Part shown: positions 14,888-17,639 of the stretch, piece after piece
How positions within the stretch are numbered: position 1 is the stretch's first letter
How the letters are laid out: each line of letters starts with the position of its first letter
NCBI GenBank assembly: GCA_038245785.1
Contig: JBBRSB010000046.1
Location: 1 to 17,639 of the forward strand
Length of the DNA stretch: 17,639 nt
Reading direction: 5' to 3'
Source of the DNA: Gloeobacterales cyanobacterium
GTDB lineage: Bacteria; Cyanobacteriota; Cyanobacteriia; Gloeobacterales; PMM-0068
The notes under the pieces: model-generated
The model's input: only the letters and a program-made list of their open reading frames with translations
Told to the model about the DNA's origin: nothing
The model's database searches: none
Program-made: the position numbers and the translations under genes

Positions 14888-15595
14888 ATGCCCAAACTAT
14901 CTAAACGTGTGCTCGAACTCCAGCGCCGAGTGGACCGCAACGTCCTCTATCCTCCGCAAGAAGGAGTGGACTTGGTCAAAGCTCTGGCAAATGCCAAGTT
15001 TGATGAAAGTGTTGAACTCCAGGCGCGTCTGGGAATCAATCCTAAGTACGCTGACCAACAGGTTCGTACCACCGTTGTTCTCCCCAAAGGAACGGGAAAG
15101 ACCGTTCGCATTGCCGTTCTTGCCATGGGTGAGAAAGTCCGGGAAGCAGAAGCTGCTGGAGCAGATGTCGTTGGTTCGGAAGAACTAATTGAGCGTATCC
15201 AAGGCGGTTTCATGGATTTTGATATCCTGATTGCGACTCCAGATATCATGCCCAAAGTAGCTAAGCTAGGTCGGGTCCTCGGTCCTAAGGGAATCATGCC
15301 CAATCCTAAAGGCGGCACGGTAACCATGGATCTAGCGGGTGCAGTAGAGCAGTTCAAAGCGGGTAAGCTCGAATTCCGGGCTGACCGTACGGGAATTGTT
15401 CATATGCCTCTCGGAAAAGCAAGCTTTTCGCTTGAAGACTTGATGATCAATCTGAAAGCTGCCCAGGAAGCTATTGACCGGGCTAAGCCTTCTGGTGCGA
15501 AAGGGCGCTACTGGAAAACCGTACACCTCAAATCGACCATGGGACCTGCGGTTGAAATCGATGTCAGCGTTCTGCGGGATACTAAAGCTGTCTAA
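14888..15595 (+). CDS. rplA: 50S ribosomal protein L1
   Basis: [44 protein letters not shown] and STMGP. Confidence 0.99.
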   Translation: MPKLSKRVLELQRRVDRNVLYPPQEGVDLVKALANAKFDESVELQARLGINPKYADQQVRTTVVLPKGTGKTVRIAVLAMGEKVREAEAAGADVVGSEELIERIQGGFMDFDILIATPDIMPKVAKLGRVLGPKGIMPNPKGGTVTMDLAGAVEQFKAGKLEFRADRTGIVHMPLGKASFSLEDLMINLKAAQEAIDRAKPSGAKGRYWKTVHLKSTMGPAVEIDVSVLRDTKAV

Positions 15596-15616
15596 CCGGA
15601 TCTAACTAACTAAATA

Positions 15617-15712
15617 GCCAGAGACCACAGGAGCCAGAGGCTTAATCATCCTGTAGAGGCACCAGAAGAGAGCAATCTCTTCTTCGCGGACTCTGGCATG
15701 CTAGGGTCCGCT
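15617..15712 (+). promoter_or_regulatory. Ribosomal protein L10 leader
   Basis: CCAGAGACCACAGG...CTTAA...CCTGTAGAGG core, followed by hairpins GAAGAGA/TCTCTTC and CGGACTCTGGC/GCTAGGGTCCG, located between rplA and rplJ. Confidence 0.8.
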
Positions 15713-15744
15713 CATTTTATATCTGTAAAGGAGGTGAAAACCGA

Positions 15745-16302
15745 ATGGGAAAACGATTTGCAACCAAAATCCAGGGCCAAGGGGCTAAGGTCGAGGTCGT
15801 CGCTGACTTGAAAGACAAGCTGAACCGCGCTGCACTGGTACTCGTAGTAGATTACCGAGGCTCAACGGTGAAGCAGATTACCAACCTTAGAAATAAGTTG
15901 CGTAATGCTGACGCTCAAGCTGTGGTCGCCAAGAACACGCTCATGAACCGTGCCATTGATGGAACGGACTGGGAAGTATTGGGAGAGCATTTAAGCGGTC
16001 CTTCTGCTTTCTTGTTTGCCTATGGCGATATTGGCAAAGCAATCAAGGCATACCAGGAATTCGTCAAAGAAACCAAACAGTCAGAACTGCGGGGTGGAGC
16101 TATTCCTAACCTCAAACTGAGCGCTAAGGATGTTTCTGCTATTGCCGATCTGCCTTCCCGCGAGCAACTCTTTGCTCAAGCGGCTGGAGCGATCAATTCG
16201 CTGGCTACCAAAATTGCAGTGGCTATCAAAGAAGTTCCTTCTTCTGTGGGCCGTGCTGTCAAAGCTGTCGAAACTCAATTGGAAGAGGACAAAGCCGCTT
16301 AA
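15745..16302 (+). CDS. rplJ: 50S ribosomal protein L10
   Basis: VDYRG, LRNKLR, VAKNTLM and LPSREQL; AAGGAGG RBS; position between rplA and rplL. Confidence 0.97.
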   Translation: MGKRFATKIQGQGAKVEVVADLKDKLNRAALVLVVDYRGSTVKQITNLRNKLRNADAQAVVAKNTLMNRAIDGTDWEVLGEHLSGPSAFLFAYGDIGKAIKAYQEFVKETKQSELRGGAIPNLKLSAKDVSAIADLPSREQLFAQAAGAINSLATKIAVAIKEVPSSVGRAVKAVETQLEEDKAA

Positions 16303-16356
16303 AGCGCTTGTCTATCCAATTCATTTTGTACTTTTACAACCCTAAGGAGAATCTCC

Positions 16357-16746
16357 ATGTCTGACAAGATTGACCAAATTATTGAACAACTCAAAGGTCT
16401 CAACCTGCTTGAGGCTTCTGAATTGGTGAAAGCCATTGAAGAGACCTTCGGCGTAAGTGCTGCTGCTCCCGTGGGCGCGATGATGGCGGCTCCTGCTGCT
16501 GCCGCTGCTCCTGCAGAAGCAGTTGAAGAGCAAACTGAATTCAGTGTCATTCTGGATGAAGTGGACCCCAAATCCAAAATCTCTGTCCTTAAAGTAGTCC
16601 GTACCCTCACCGGATTGGGCCTTAAGGAAGCTAAGGACCTTGTTGAATCTACGCCCAAGCCTGTCAAAGAAGGCGTTAATAAAGACGAAGCAGCTAAAGT
16701 CAAGAAGGAATTGGAAGAAGCAGGCGCTAAAGCTTCTATCAAATAG
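16357..16746 (+). CDS. rplL: 50S ribosomal protein L7/L12
   Basis: [21 protein letters not shown], Ala-rich hinge and [13 protein letters not shown]. Confidence 0.99.
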   Translation: MSDKIDQIIEQLKGLNLLEASELVKAIEETFGVSAAAPVGAMMAAPAAAAAPAEAVEEQTEFSVILDEVDPKSKISVLKVVRTLTGLGLKEAKDLVESTPKPVKEGVNKDEAAKVKKELEEAGAKASIK

Positions 16747-16761
16747 TTCTTTTTTGTATTC

Positions 16762-16792
16762 AAAAAGCCTCCATTTATTTGGGGGCTTTTTT
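16762..16792 (+). terminator. Intrinsic terminator after rplL
   Basis: AAAAAGCCTCCA-TTTATT-TGGGGGCTTTTTT. Confidence 0.88.
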
Positions 16793-17007
16793 ATTGAACT
16801 TACTTCCTGTTTCCCCTACTATGAATAAGTCACTTAGCCATAGCTGGTTGTGATGTTTAAAGTAACAGAAGTTAAAGTTAGTTTTATCTCAAAAATAATT
16901 GCTGTTGGTCGTTCTATCGAAGCGCAAAGACCTGATGCTCTATTGGTCGATCCCTTCGCTAAGGAGTGCCATCACAAAGGGCAGCTACGTCCGCCCATTT
17001 CAGTCCA

Positions 17008-17639
17008 ATGAGCGATTCAGCCTCTTCCCCTTCCCCAATAGAACCGGGTCGTATCGCCCGCCCGCGAATAGCCGCCCATCAGACTGGCTGGATGCGCTGG
17101 CTGCCGGGATTGTACACCTTACGCCACTACGAGATCGGATGGCTGCGTCATGATATTGTAGCTGGGCTGGTGCTAACCACGGTGCTCGTGCCCGTAGGCA
17201 TCGCCTATGCTGTGGCCTCGGGCGTACCAGGCATTTGCGGACTCTACGCGACCATTTTTCCACTGCTAGCTTATGCGCTGTTCGGCCCCAGCCGCGTACT
17301 TGTGCTGGGGCCGGATTCCTCGCTGGCCGCTCTGATTTTTGCTGTTGTGCTGCCGCTTTCTGGAGGTGACCCGCAGCGCGCCGTTGCCCTGGCTGGGATG
17401 ATGGCGGTGGTCTCCGGCACGTTGTGTATTCTGGCAGGCAATGCCCGCCTGGGTTTCGTCACCGAGCTTCTCTCCAAACCGATCCGCTATGGCTACATGA
17501 ATGGTATTGCGCTGACCGTGCTGATTAGCCAGTTGCCCTCGCTGTTCGGTTTTTCAGTCGATGCCGATGGCCTGTTGAACAAAACCTGGACATTTATCGA
17601 GGCCGTGCTGGCTGGCAAGACGAACTGGACATCATTGGC
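17008..17639 (+). CDS. SulP/SLC26 family inorganic anion transporter, 5' part; runs off the right edge
   Basis: Not in the ORF track because it has no stop in the window. Frame +1 from ATG 17008: ...WLRHDIVAGLVLTTVLVPVGIAYAVASGVPGICGLYATIFPLLAYALFGPSRVLVLGPDSS...LLSKPIRYGYMNGIAL, the SulP signature. Confidence 0.93.
   Translation, partial: MSDSASSPSPIEPGRIARPRIAAHQTGWMRWLPGLYTLRHYEIGWLRHDIVAGLVLTTVLVPVGIAYAVASGVPGICGLYATIFPLLAYALFGPSRVLVLGPDSSLAALIFAVVLPLSGGDPQRAVALAGMMAVVSGTLCILAGNARLGFVTELLSKPIRYGYMNGIALTVLISQLPSLFGFSVDADGLLNKTWTFIEAVLAGKTNWTSL

Noticed and set aside
14907..16763. Long alternative-frame and antisense ORFs over rplA, rplJ and rplL (e.g. 14947-15357, 16299-16763)
   Set aside because: Typical shadows of highly expressed genes with biased codons.
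16747..16900. Absence of rpoB after rplL
   Set aside because: Normal in cyanobacteria, where rpoB lies elsewhere.
16899..17477. ORF-track calls 16899-17153 (+), 17000-17263 (-) and 17271-17477 (-)
   Set aside because: They overlap the true SulP reading frame starting at 17008.
1..17639. CRISPR arrays, tRNA/rRNA genes, integrase, reverse transcriptase or DGR-like repeats near the pilin tip gene
   Set aside because: No regularly spaced repeats, cloverleafs, or recombinase/RT motifs were seen by eye.

Overview
Cyanobacterial chromosome segment. The cyanobacterial call rests on the efp-accB pair, a cyanobacterial-type AtpA and a DUF3007-like gene. The rarity of HIP1 and the unusual gene order hint at an early-branching lineage, which is inference only. 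Left to right: the 5' end of a GT2 glycosyltransferase, an AT-rich GT-C/GT87-like membrane glycosyltransferase, a short IS982-like transposase remnant, accB-efp and a Zn-ribbon Ser/Thr kinase. Next is a five-gene, translationally coupled minor type IV pilin operon (905-aa PilX-like protein, orphan membrane protein, PilV-, FimT- and PilW-like pilins). It is followed by ndk, a fructosamine-kinase/LMW-PTP pair, a stand-alone atpA, a DUF3007-like gene and a DUF104-VapC toxin-antitoxin pair. The window ends with rplA-rplJ-rplL (L1- and L10-type leaders, no rplK upstream) and the 5' part of a GC-rich SulP transporter. The best candidate for an undescribed system is the pilin tip operon: its giant PilX-like subunit carries a CxxCH (c-type heme attachment-like) motif, a DxDxDG loop, a probable beta-solenoid and a Thr-rich insert.
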